Shown here: positions 22,718-34,600 of the stretch, in pieces
Layout: every line of letters starts with the position of its first letter
Position numbering within the stretch: the stretch's first letter is position 1
Origin: Ranitomeya imitator
Lineage: Eukaryota
Assembly: GCF_032444005.1 (NCBI RefSeq)
Contig: NC_091288.1
Span: 215,636,001 to 215,700,000 of the forward strand
Direction of reading: 5' to 3'
DNA length: 64,000 nt
Position numbers and translations under genes: made by a program
Notes under the pieces: generated by a model
The model's input: the letters and a program-made list of their open reading frames with translations, nothing else
Told to the model about the DNA's origin: nothing
Database searches by the model: none

Positions 22718-25182
22718 GGCTCTTTTATATCACACCTGTCGTGTCTGTGATGCATAAATCGAAGACTGGAACGTCCCTTTAAGCAGCTTAATTTAACTGC
22801 AGCAGTTCACTTGCGACTATTGAAATGTCATTTTTCTCTGTCCCAACCACAATGCTTCCACGGGGGAAAAGGACCAACTATGACTCAGTCAGAAGTCGCT
22901 CAAAACTTTTCAACTATAGGAAAATATCGATGTCTTGGCACCTGACGTACACTGGTAGTGGTGTAACCCAGGCACCAAACTCTACAGCGGTGCAGGTAAA
23001 GATGGTACTAGGGTGGGGTTAGGATTAGAGCTAGGGTTGGGTTAGGATTAGAGCTAGGGTAGAGGTGGTACTAGGGTGGGGTTAGGATTAGAGCTAGGGT
23101 AGAGGTGGTACTAGGGTTGGGTTAGGATTAGAGCTAGGGTAGAGGTGGTACTAGGGTGGGGTTAGGATTAGAGCTAGGGTAGAGGTGGTACTAGGGTTGG
23201 GTTAGGATTAGAGCTAGGGTAGAGGTGGTACTAGGGTGGGGTTAGGATTAGAGCTAGGGTAGAGGTGGTACTAGGGTTGCGTTAGGATTAGAGCTAGGGT
23301 AGAGGTGGTACTAGGGTAGAGGTGGTACTAGGGTTGGGTTAGGATTACAGCTAGGGTAGAGGTGGTACTAGGGTGGGGTTAGGATTAGAGCTAGGGTAGA
23401 GGTGGTACTAGGGTTGCGTTAGGATTAGAGCTAGGGTAGAGGTGGTACTAGGGTGGAGGTGGTACTTGGGTTGGGTTAGGATTAGAGCTAGGGTAGAGGT
23501 GGTACTAGGGTTGGGTTAGGATTAGAGCTAGGGTGGAGGTGGTACTAGGGTGGGGTTAGGATTAGAGCTAGGGTAGAGGTGGTACTAGGGTGGGGTTAGG
23601 ATTAGAGCTAGGGTAGAGGTGGTACTAGGGTTGGGTTAGGATAAGAGCTAGGGTAGAGGTGGTACTAGGGTGGGGTTAGGATTACAGCTAGAGTAGAGGT
23701 GGTACTAGGGTTGGGTTAGGATTAGAGCTAGGGTAGAGGTGGTACTAGGGTTGGGTTAGGATTAGAGCTAGGGTGGAGGTGGTACTAGGGTTGGGTTAGG
23801 ATTAGAGCTAGGGTGGAGGTGGTACTAGGGTTGGGTTAGGATTAGAGCTAGGGTGGAGGTGGTACTAGGGTTGGGTTAGGATTAGAGCTAGGGTGGAGGT
23901 GGTACTAGGGTGGGTTAGGATTACAGCTAGGGTAGAGGTGGTACTAGGGTTGGGTTAGGATTAGAGCTAGGGTAGAGGTGGTACTAGGGTTGGGTTAGAG
24001 CTAGGGTGGAGGTGGTACTAGGGTGGGGTTAGGATTAGAGCTAGGGTAGAGGTGGTACTAGGGTTGGGTTAGGATTAGAGCTAGGGTAGAGGTGGTACTA
24101 GGGTGGGGTTAGGATTAGAGCTAGGGTGGAGGTGGTACTAGGGTGGGGTTAGGATTAGAGCTAGGGTAGAGGTGGTACTAGGGTGGGGTTAGGATTAGAG
24201 CTAGGGTAGAGGTGGTACTAGGGTTGGGTTAGGATAAGAGCTAGGGTAGAGGTGGTACTAGGGTGGGGTTAGGATTACAGCTAGAGTAGAGGTGGTACTA
24301 GGGTTGGGTTAGGATTAGAGCTAGGGTAGAGGTGGTACTAGGGTTGGGTTAGGATTAGAGCTAGGGTGGAGGTGGTACTAGGGTTGGGTTAGGATTAGAG
24401 CTAGGGTGGAGGTGGTACTAGGGTTGGGTTAGGATTAGAGCTAGGGTGGAGGTGGTACTAGGGTTGGGTTAGGATTAGAGCTAGGGTGGAGGTGGTACTA
24501 GGGTGGGTTAGGATTACAGCTAGGGTAGAGGTGGTACTAGGGTTGGGTTAGGATTAGAGCTAGGGTAGAGGTGGTACTAGGGTTGGGTTAGAGCTAGGGT
24601 GGAGGTGGTACTAGGGTGGGGTTAGGATTAGAGCTAGGGTAGAGGTGGTACTAGGGTTGGGTTAGGATTAGAGCTAGGGTAGAGGTGGTACTAGGGTTGG
24701 GTTAGAGCTAGGGTGGAGGTGGTACTAGGGTGGGGTTAGGATTAGAGCTAGGGTAGAGGTGGTACTAGGGTTGGGTTAGGATTAGAGCTAGGGTAGAGGT
24801 GGTACTAGGGTTGGGTTGGGTTAGGATTAGAGCTAGGGTGGAGGTGGTACTAGGGTGGGTTAGGATTACAGCTAGGGTAGAGGTGGTACTATGGTTGGTT
24901 TAGAATTAGAGCTGGGGTAGAGGTGGTACTAGGGTGGGGTTAGGATTAGAGCTAGGGTAGAGGTGGTACTAGGGTTGGGTTAGGATTACAGCTAGGGTAG
25001 AGGTGGTACTAGGGTGGGGTTAGGATTACAGCTAGGGTAGAGGTGGTACTAGGGTGGGGTTAGGATTACAGCTAGGGTAGAGGTGGTACTAGGGTGGGGT
25101 TAGGATTACAGCTAGGGTAGAGGTGGTACTAGGGTGGGGTTCGGATTACAGCTAGGGTAGAGGTGGTACTAGGGTGGGGTTA

Positions 25183-25580
25183 GCAAAAACTTGTATAAGA
25201 ACAGCGAGCACTCACCATCTTCTTGTATCCAAACTTTATTATCGCATATTGACAATAGCAGGTATAGTCAGGGAGAAATGTGCTAGCCCAAGATGACAGC
25301 CGTTTCGCGCTCCTGCGCTTCCACGGTCGTCTTAGGCTAGCACATTTCTCCCTGACTATACCTGCTATTGTCAATATGTGATAATAAAGTTTGGACACAA
25401 GAAGATGGTGAGTGCTCGCTGTTCTTATACAAGTTTTTGCATGCACGATTGGAGTTTTTCAAGCTAGAGCACTGCACATCAGAAAAGGGCTTTATAGCGC
25501 TGATAGGAAAACGAGCGGGTGTGAGTGATTTTAACCAGCTGTTGGTGCTGCTTCTTTGTTTTTCTTTGGCTTCATAAATA
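25183..25580. mobile_element. Insert with a 258-bp palindrome and a central hammerhead-like motif; possible Penelope-like element remnant (copy 1)
   Basis: Inverted arms 25183-25297 / 25326-25440; minus-strand loop CCGTGGAAGCGCAGGAGCGCGAAACGGCTGTC; 140-bp unique tail. Confidence 0.5.
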
Positions 25581-26467
25581 CTAGGTTTGGGTTAGGATTA
25601 CAGCTAGGGTGGAGGTGGTACTAGGGTTGGGTTAGGATTAGAGCTAGGGTAGAGGTGGTACTAGGGTTGGGTTAGGATTAGAGCTAGGGTTGGGTTAGGA
25701 GTAGCGCTAGGGTAGAGGTTGTACTGGGGTTGGTTTAGAATTAGAGCTGGGGTAGAGGTGGTACTAGGGTTGGGTTAGGATTAGAGCTAGGGTAGAGGTG
25801 GTACTAGGGTTGGGTTAGGATTAGAGCTAGGGTTGGGTTAGGAGTAGCGCTAGGGTAGAGGTTGTACTGGGGTTGGGTTAGGATTAGAGCTGGGGTAGAG
25901 GTGGTACTAGGGTTGCGTTAGGATTAGAGCTAGGGTAGAGGTGGTACTAGGGTTGGGTTAGGATTACAGCTAGGGTAGAGGTGGTACTAGGGTTGGGTTA
26001 GGATTACAGCTAGGGTAGAGGTGGTACTAGGGTTGGGTTAGGATTATAGCTAGGGTAGAGGTGGTACTAGGGTGGGGTTAGGATTACAGCTAGGGTAGAG
26101 GTGGTACTAGGGTCGGGTAAGGATTACAGCTAGGGTAGAGGTGGTACTAGGGTTGGGTTAGGATTACAGCTAGAGTAGAGGTGGTACTAGGGTTGGGTTA
26201 GGATTAGAGTTAGGGTAGAGGTGGTACTAGGGTAGGTTAGGATTACAGCTAGGGTAGAGGTGGTACTAGGGTAGGTTAGGATTAGAGGTGGTACTATGGT
26301 CGGGTAAGGATTACAGCTAGGGTAGAGGTGGTACTAGGATTGGGTTAGGAATACAGCTAGGGGAGAGGTGGTATTAGGGTCGGGTAAGAATTACAGCTAG
26401 GGTAGAGGTGGTACTAGGGTCGCGTAAGGATTACAGCTAGGGTAGAGGTGGTACTAGGGTTGGGTTA

Positions 26468-26864
26468 GCAAAAACTTGTATAAGAACAGCGAGCACTCAC
26501 CATCTTCTTGTGTCCAAACTTTATTATCACATATTGACAATAGCAGGTATAGTCAGGGAGAAATGTGCTAGCCCAAGACGACGGCCGTTTCGCGCTCCTG
26601 TGCTTCCACGGTCGTCTTAGGCTAGCACATTTCTCCCTGACTATACCTGCTATTGTCAATATGCCATAATAAAGATTGGACACGAAGATGGTGAGTGCTC
26701 GCTGTTCTTATACAAGTTTTTGCATGCACGATTGGAGTTTTTCAAGCTAGAGCACCGCACATCAGAAAAGGGCTTTATAGCGCTGATAGGAAAACAAGCG
26801 AGCGGGTGTGAGTGATTTATCCAGCTGTTGGTGCTGCTTCTGTTTTTCGTTGGCTTCATAAATA
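26468..26864. mobile_element. Second copy of the palindromic insert
   Basis: Near-identical to 25183-25580; also begins right after GGGTTA; minus-strand loop CCGTGGAAGCACAGGAGCGCGAAACGGCCGTC. Confidence 0.5.
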
Positions 26865-28637
26865 CTAGGGTTGGGTTAGGATTACAGCTAGGGTAGAGGT
26901 TGTACTAGGGTTGGGTTAGGATTAGAGCTAGGGTAGAGGTGGTACTAGGGTTGGGTTACGATTACAGCTAGAGTAGAGGTGGTACTAGGGTTGGTTTAGA
27001 ATTAGAGCTAGGGTAGAGGTGGTACTAGGGTTGGATTAGGATTACAGCTAGGGTAGAGGTGGTACTAGGGTTGGGTTAGAATTAGAGCTAGGGTAGAGGT
27101 GGTACTAGGGTTAGGTTAGGATTACAGCTAGGGTAGAGGTGGTACTAGGGTTGGATTAGGATTACAGCTAGGGTAGAGGTGGTACTAGGGTTGGGTTAGG
27201 ATTACAGCTAGGGTTGGGTTAGGATTACAGCTAGGGTAGAGGTGGTACTAGGGTTGGGTTATGATTACAGCTAGAGTAGATGTGGTATTAGGGTTGGGTT
27301 AGAATTAGAGCTCAGGGTAGAGGTGGTACTAGGGTTGGGTAAGGATTAGAGCTAGGGTAGAGGTGGTACTAGGGTTGGGTTAGGATTACAGCTAGAGTAG
27401 AGCTGGTACTAGGGTTGGGTTAGGATTACAGCTAGAGTAGAGCTGGTACTAGGGTTGGGTTAGGATTACAGCTAGGGTAGAGGTGGTACTAGGGTCGGGT
27501 TAAGATTACAGCTAGGGTAGAGGTGGTACTAGGGTCAGGTTAGGATTACAGCTAGGGTAGAGGTGGTACTAGGGTTAGGTTAGGATTACAGCTAGGGTAG
27601 AGGTGGTACTAGGGTTGGATTAGGATTACAGCTAGGGTAGAGGTGGTACTAGGGTTGGGTTAGGATTACAGCTAGGTTTGGGTTCGGATTACAGCTAGGG
27701 TAGAGGTGGTACTAGGGTTGGGTTAGGATTACAGCTAGAGTAGATGTGGTATTAGGGTTGGGTTAGAATTAGAGCTAGGGTAGAGGTGGTACTAGGGTTG
27801 GGTAAGGATTAGAGCTAGGGTAGAGGTGGTACTAGGGTTGGGTTAGGATTACAGCTAGAGTAGAGCTGGTACTAGGGTTGGGTTAGGATTACAGCTAGAG
27901 TAGAGCTGGTACTAGGGTCGGGTTAGGATTACAGCTAGGGTAGAGGTGGTACTAGAGTTGGATTAGGATTACAGCTAGAGTAGAGCTGGTGCTAGGGTTG
28001 GGTTAGGATTACAGCTAGGGTAGAGGTGGTACTAGGGTCGGGTTAAGATTACAGCTAGGGTAGAGGTGGTACTAGGGTCAGGTTAGGATTACAGCTAGGG
28101 TAGAGGTGGTGCCTGCAGTCACCACTAGGGTGAGCACACTGCATACATGAAACTTAATGACAGTCTGCAGTGAGCCGCTGCCAATGGGACAATCTGACCC
28201 CCCCCCCCCCCTTACATACCGTAATTATTGAAAAATGTAAAAAAAAATTAAAAACAAAAATACCCAAACATAACATAAAAGTTGTCATCACCACGCTATT
28301 CCCCAAATACAAATAGTGAAATAAAATCTAAAAATATTTTGATAACCGTAATGGAGTGATGCTGTAATGCTGCGGACACCAGACATAAATTAAGTTGATC
28401 GAATCTGAGCAGCAATTCCACACACAACCTTTGGACAGGGGTGGCGCTGTTTTTTTAAAGGAGAACCAAAGATCAGGGACATATCACATGAACCACTGTA
28501 TCTGAATTATGTGGTTTCCCTTTAAATGCATGGTTCTGTCCCCGAATAATCTGCTGATCTCTTCTCCGCCTTTTTTTCCAAAGTTACTTTCACTTTTGAA
28601 ACTGAACGTATTGGAGCAGCTGCAGCTTTAGCTGACC

Positions 28638-31600
28638 ATGTATTGTCCAAAGACCGGGGGGTTTAAGATGGCGAATGCGTCTTTATCTCCGTGGCAGATC
28701 GTTACTGAATACTACCCGGGTCGCACTTTGGGGAACATCAACAACGGAATCCAGAGAGTCCTCCTGCAAGTCTTCGGGATGCTCGGTCAAGGGAAATCGT
28801 CGCTCATTAATTCTTGCCTGTGTGTAATGAAGGGCGGAGGATACAACAACACGGCGCCTTCTGGCTCAAATCATGGAGGAATGACGATAGAGAGAAAGGA
28901 ATTTGAACTGACAAACCATTTGGTGATGATCGATAACCGGGGGTTCAACAAGCTGAATCCAACGGAGGTGCTAGAGATGAGCGCCCAGTTCAGTAAGTAT
29001 TCAGAAAGCGCCTAAAAGGGGTTAGGTGGCACCTCTCACATCCGCATCTGGAGGTGATACATGTTATACATGTCACATCTATAACTGGCAGGTATGTGCA
29101 GACGTCATGTCATCGTCACCACTCACTTCTACATCTGGAGGTGAGCAGCACCGATCATGTCACATCTACAGTCATGGCCAAAATTTTTAAAAACGACACC
29201 AAAATTCTATTTTCACATGATCTGCTGCCCTCTGGTTTTTATTAGTGTTTGTCTGATGTTTATATCACATACAGAAATATAATTGCAATCATATTATGAG
29301 TACCAATAGGTTATATTGACAGTCAGAATGAGTTAATGCAGCAAGTCAATATTTGCAGTGTTAACCCTTCTTCTTCAAGACCTCTGCAATTCTCCCTGGC
29401 ATGCTCTCAATCAACTTCTGGACCAAATCCTGACTGATAGCAGTCCATTCTTGCATAATCAGTGCTTGCATTTTGCCAGAATTTGTTGGTTTTTGTTTGT
29501 CCACCCGTCTCTTGATGATTGACCACAAGTTCTCAATGGGATTAAGATCTGGGGACTTTCCAGGCCATGGACCCAAAATCTCTATGTTTTGTTCCATGAG
29601 CCATTTAGTTATCACCTTTGCTTTATGGCAAGATGCTCCATCATGCTGGAAAAGGCATTGTTGGGCGCCAAACCGCTCTTGGACGGTTGGGAGAAGTTGC
29701 TCTTGGAGGACATTCTGGTACCATTCTTTATTCATGGCTGTGTTTTTAGGCAAGACTGTGAGTGAGCCGATTCCCTTGGCTGAGAAGCAAACCCACACAT
29801 GAATGGTTTCAGGATGCTTTACAGTTGGCATGAGACAAGACTGGTGGTAGCGCTCACCTATTCTTCTCCGAATAAGCTGTTTTCCAGATGTCCCAAACAA
29901 TCGAAAAGGGGATTCATCAGAGAAAATGACTTTGCCCCAGTCCTCAGCAGTCCACTCCCTGTACCTTTTGCACAATATCAGTCGGTCCCTGATGTTTTTT
30001 CTGGAGAGAAGTGGCTTCTTTGCTGCCCTCCTTGAAACCAGGCCTTGCTCAAAGAGTCTCCGCCTCACAGTGCATGCAGAAGCACTCACACCAGCCTGCT
30101 GCCATTCCTGAGCAAGCTTGGCACTGCTGGGAGTCCGATCCCGCAGCTGAAACAGTTTTAAGATACGGTCCTGGCGCTTGCTGGTCTTTCTTGGGCGCCC
30201 TGGAGCATTTTTAACAACAATGGAAGCTCTCTCCTTGAAGTTCTTGATGATGCGATAGATTGTTGACTGAGGTGCAATCTTTGTAGCTGCGATACTCTTC
30301 CCTGTTAGGCCATTTTTGTGCAGTGCAATGATGGCTGCACGTGTTTCTTTAGAGATAACCATGGTTAACTGAAGAGAAACAATGATACCAAGCACCAGCC
30401 TCCTTTTAAAGTGTCCAGTGATGTCATTCTTACTTAATCATGACTGATTGATCGCCAGCCCTGTCCTCATCAACACGCACACCTGTGTTAATGGATCAAT
30501 CACTAAAACGATGTTAGCTGCTCCTTTTAAGGCAGGACTGCAATGATGTTGAAATGTGTTTTGGGGGTTAAAGTTCATTTTCTGGGCAAATGTTGACTTT
30601 GCAAGTACAGTAATTGCTGTTAACCTGATCACTCTGACATTCAGGAGTATATGCAAATTGCCATTAGAAAAAATGAAGCAGTAGACTTTGGAAAAATTAA
30701 TATTTGTCTCATTCTCAAAATTTTTGTCCATGACTGTATAACTGGCAGGTATGTGCAGACGTCATATCATCATCACCACTCACTCCTACATCTGGAGGTG
30801 AGCAGTACCGATCATGTCACATCTATAACTGGCAGGTATGTGCAGACGTCTTGTCATCGACACCACTCACTCCTACATCCGGAGGTGAGCAGTACCGATC
30901 ATGTCACATCTATAACTGGCAGGTATGTGCAGACCTCATGTCATCAACACCACTCACTCCTACATCTGGAGGTGAGCAGTACCGATCATGTCACATCTAT
31001 AACTGGCAGGTATGTGCAGACGTCATGTCATCGGCACCACTCACTCCTACATCTGGAGGTGAGCAGTACCGATCATGTCACATCTATAACTGGCAGGTAT
31101 GTGCAGATGTCATGTCATCGACACCACTCACTCCTACATCTGGAGGTGAGCAGTACCGATCATGTCACATGTATAACTGGCAGGTATGTGCAGACGTTAT
31201 GTCATCGTCACCACTCACTTCTACATTTGGAGGTGAGCAGTATGGATCATGTCACATGTATAACTGGCAGGTATGTGCAGACGTCATGTCATCGACACCA
31301 CTCACTCCTACATCTGGAGGTGAGCAGTACCGATCATGTCACATGTATAACTGGCAGGTATGTGCAGACGTTATGTCATCGACCCCACTCACTCCTACAT
31401 CTGGAGGTGAGCAGTACCGATCATGTCACATCTATAACTGGCAGGTATGTGCAGACGTCATGTCATCGACACCACTCATTCCTACATCTGGTGGTGAGCA
31501 GTACCGATCATGTCACATCTATAACTGGCAGGTATGTGCAGACGTCATGTCATCGTCACCACTCACTTCTACATCTGGAGGTGAGCAGTATGGATCATGT

Positions 31601-34600
31601 CACATGTATAACTGGCAGGTATGTGCAGACGTTATGTCATCGACCCCACTCACTCCTACATCTGGAGGTGAGCAGTACCGATCATGTCACATCTATAACT
31701 GGCAGGTATGTGCAGACGTCATGTCATCGACACCACTCATTCCTACATCTGGTGGTGAGCAGTACCGATCATGTCACATCTATAACTGGCAGGTATGTGC
31801 AGACGTCATGTCATCGTCACCACTCACTTCTACATCTGGAGGTGAGCAGTATGGATCATGTCACATGTATAACTGGCAGGTATGTGCAGACATGATGTCA
31901 TCGTCATCACTCACTTCTACATCTGTACTGTTGATGTCGTATGCACAATCATCAGGTAAGTAAAGCAGAAACTCTCCAAAATCCTCCTAAAAAATGCAGT
32001 TTCCCCCCAGTTTCCGCTCCATAAGCTCTGCAAAAACTCACACCCTTAGGCTATGTGCAAACTGATTTTTTTTTTACGTAATCAAAAATGTCAAGTTTTT
32101 TTATGTGAACAATTTTAGAACACTCTCTTCTGAAGAGTCAAAAAAAACACCGGTGGGGAATAGCGCAGAACCCACCACTTCCACTAATTTGTCAGGGAGA
32201 TGTTACTTAGCTGCCTCCAATCAGGACAATTATGCAATTGACTGATGAGTGATGGACTAGGCCAGGGCTGGTTCCACTACTAGGCCGGTGTTTGGGAAAC
32301 TCACAGTGAGCATATGGTATATACACCTCCAATTCCAACACAAGGAATATATACATACATGCCCCGCTACGGTCACTGCCAACTCTGCAATAACAGAAAG
32401 AACTACTCGCTGCCACCACCAATCATTTATACAGGCTGATTGGAAGCCTGTTATATGTAGCGTATGGCTTCAGGGGTGCGGTTTACAGAGCAAGAGGAAC
32501 AAAACTAATACATTTTATATCTGTAATCCGGAAAAGTAGGCAGCGTTTATAAAAAAATATACAAAGATGATATAAAATGGGAAAAAAACAATGCGGTATA
32601 TACAATCACATGCAATAAAAGGGATGACAAAAGAAAAGTACTAAACCTCTGTCACAGAAATAGATCAGCGCTTAGTGGAGGGAGGTACTCCTTAGGAAAA
32701 TGGACAGAACCTACAGCAAGCTATACCTTAGCCTAACTAATGACCAAACTCAAACTCTGATTTTTATTAGATCAAGGTTACGCCCACATACCTCCCCTTG
32801 GTGAACTCATATGGGGGCTGGTCGTCGGATGTGCTTGGTCTTTTGGAAGTTTATGAGATGCTCAACTTTCAGGATATCTTCACCCCTGAAGGTCCCAGGC
32901 AGGAGATATGGTTGTCATGTTTCTTATCACCATTTTACCTTTCTATAGAGATGAAACATGCAAACCATAGCATCATCCATCTGGTCAATATTAAGTTAGA
33001 AGTGTTAGAATGGCCTTACAGTGATGTAAGTGATTGTTCATCATTTCACTACGACACAGAAAATATATCTCCTATAAATATCAGATCGATGCAAACCCCA
33101 ATATTCATCATTGGCCCAGAAGGTCTGAGATAATTACTTTGAACAGGGGAAGCTGATTCCTTTGAAGAGAGGAAGCCGCTGTACTTTTCTGTCTATGAGT
33201 ATACGAATCCTAGGCTTGTTGGCTGGATCTCATCAGATCCCCCTGTGAAGTCTCAGCTCTTTCTCACTTCCCCAGTTTAAACTAATCCATTATGATCAAT
33301 GTGAGGGTATTTTGTCCGCTCTCTGGAGATGTCTTTGTGAATTTTACTATATTTTCTCTACGACATTGAGTTTTTGGAGGAAATGTTAGATTTCTGAAGC
33401 AGTTTTGAAAAGATTATATTTTTCCTGAAGTGTTTTTGCAGCTTTTTAGTTGGACAGTGCCTAGTTTGAAGCTACTTCAAAGAAGTGACCTGCAGTTCCT
33501 ATTTTCCCAACAGGCATTTTTCAAAACCTAAAGTGAAAAAAAACCTCAAAAGACTGAACATGTGACCAGAAAAGTGGTTGTACTATAGAAACCTATGTGC
33601 ACATGGAGCTTTTCAAGCAGAAACTGATAGAAAACTCCAAATTCTCATCTAAACCACAAAACTCCTCAAAAACGTTGAGTTTGCGCTCAGTTTCTGCTCC
33701 AAAAACTCAACAATTTTTGAGCAATTTTTCAGGCATGATTTTGGAGTGGACTCTCAAAAAACTCTGTGCACATAATTTTAGGGTGCAGAACTGTCAAATT
33801 TGCTTGTAAATTTGTTGTGTCCAAAGTTGGCCTTGTATTCAGGGAAACCCCAGTAACATATAGGAAAGCTGAAGACCAGCTCTGCTATCAGACGGGTATT
33901 GGAGAGTGGCCGATAACTCGTCACTAATGTAGAAGAAAGTTGACTCCGACATCACCTGTCTATTCTCCCATTAGGGCATCTTCGGGAATTGGGGAAAGTG
34001 ACCTGGACTGGAATATCCATAAGAGAAGCTTACAGAGTATATAAAGAAGAGCAAAGAAGAGAACCCACAGATCTTGTGGTCCCTGTGTTTGTACATAGGT
34101 AAGTTTTTTTTTTTTGCAATAATCAAATTTTTTTACTTTTATTTTTTTACTCAATGAACGGAGACATAGTGAATATCCAGAATAATCCCACACTGTAAGA
34201 AACAGGTGAGAATCACAGACCAGGATGTTATTATTATACATTTTTAAAGCCGCTGTTCACACTTTTCTGATTCTGATTGGAATGTGTCATTAGAAAATAA
34301 TTGACTGTTAGGGTTTTGTGTTTCTTTTTTTTTTTAACATTTCTGGCAATTTATTTTATTATTCTTAATACTAGATGGTGGCCCGATTCTAACGCATCGG
34401 GTATTCTAGAATAGTATATAGCACAGGCCACGTAGTATATAGGAGCCATGTAGTATATAGCAAACAAATACTACATGGCCTGTGCCATGTGGCTGCTATA
34501 TACATACATATTGTAGAATACCCGATGCGTTAATACAGGCCACGCAATATATAACAGTGGCCACACAGTATATAACACAGCCCACACAGTATATAGCAGC

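Larger units (their letters stand above)
23003..28110. repeat. Telomere-like 40-bp satellite CTAGGGTTGGGTTAGGATTAGAGCTAGGGTAGAGGTGGTA
   Basis: About 5 kb of tandem units built from degenerate TTAGGG-like words; interrupted by two ~400-bp inserts. Confidence 0.95.
29043..31925. repeat. 87-bp minisatellite in intron 1 of copy A, split by the Tc1 element
   Basis: Unit TATAACTGGCAGGTATGTGCAGACGTCATGTCATCGACACCACTCACTCCTACATCTGGAGGTGAGCAGTACCGATCATGTCACATC at 29043-29168 and 30737-31925. Confidence 0.93.

Noticed and set aside
23003-28110. True telomere or chromosome end
   Set aside because: Not pure (TTAGGG)n, has a 40-bp period and is flanked by genes on both sides
30651-31963. 414-aa and 370-aa His/Cys repeat proteins, or a CRISPR-like array
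   Set aside because: Contiguous 87-bp tandem units with no unique spacers, lying inside an intron; no cas genes; eukaryotic context
32600-33060. Possible LINE ORF2 remnant on the minus strand
   Set aside because: Multiple stops and no motif I could identify with confidence
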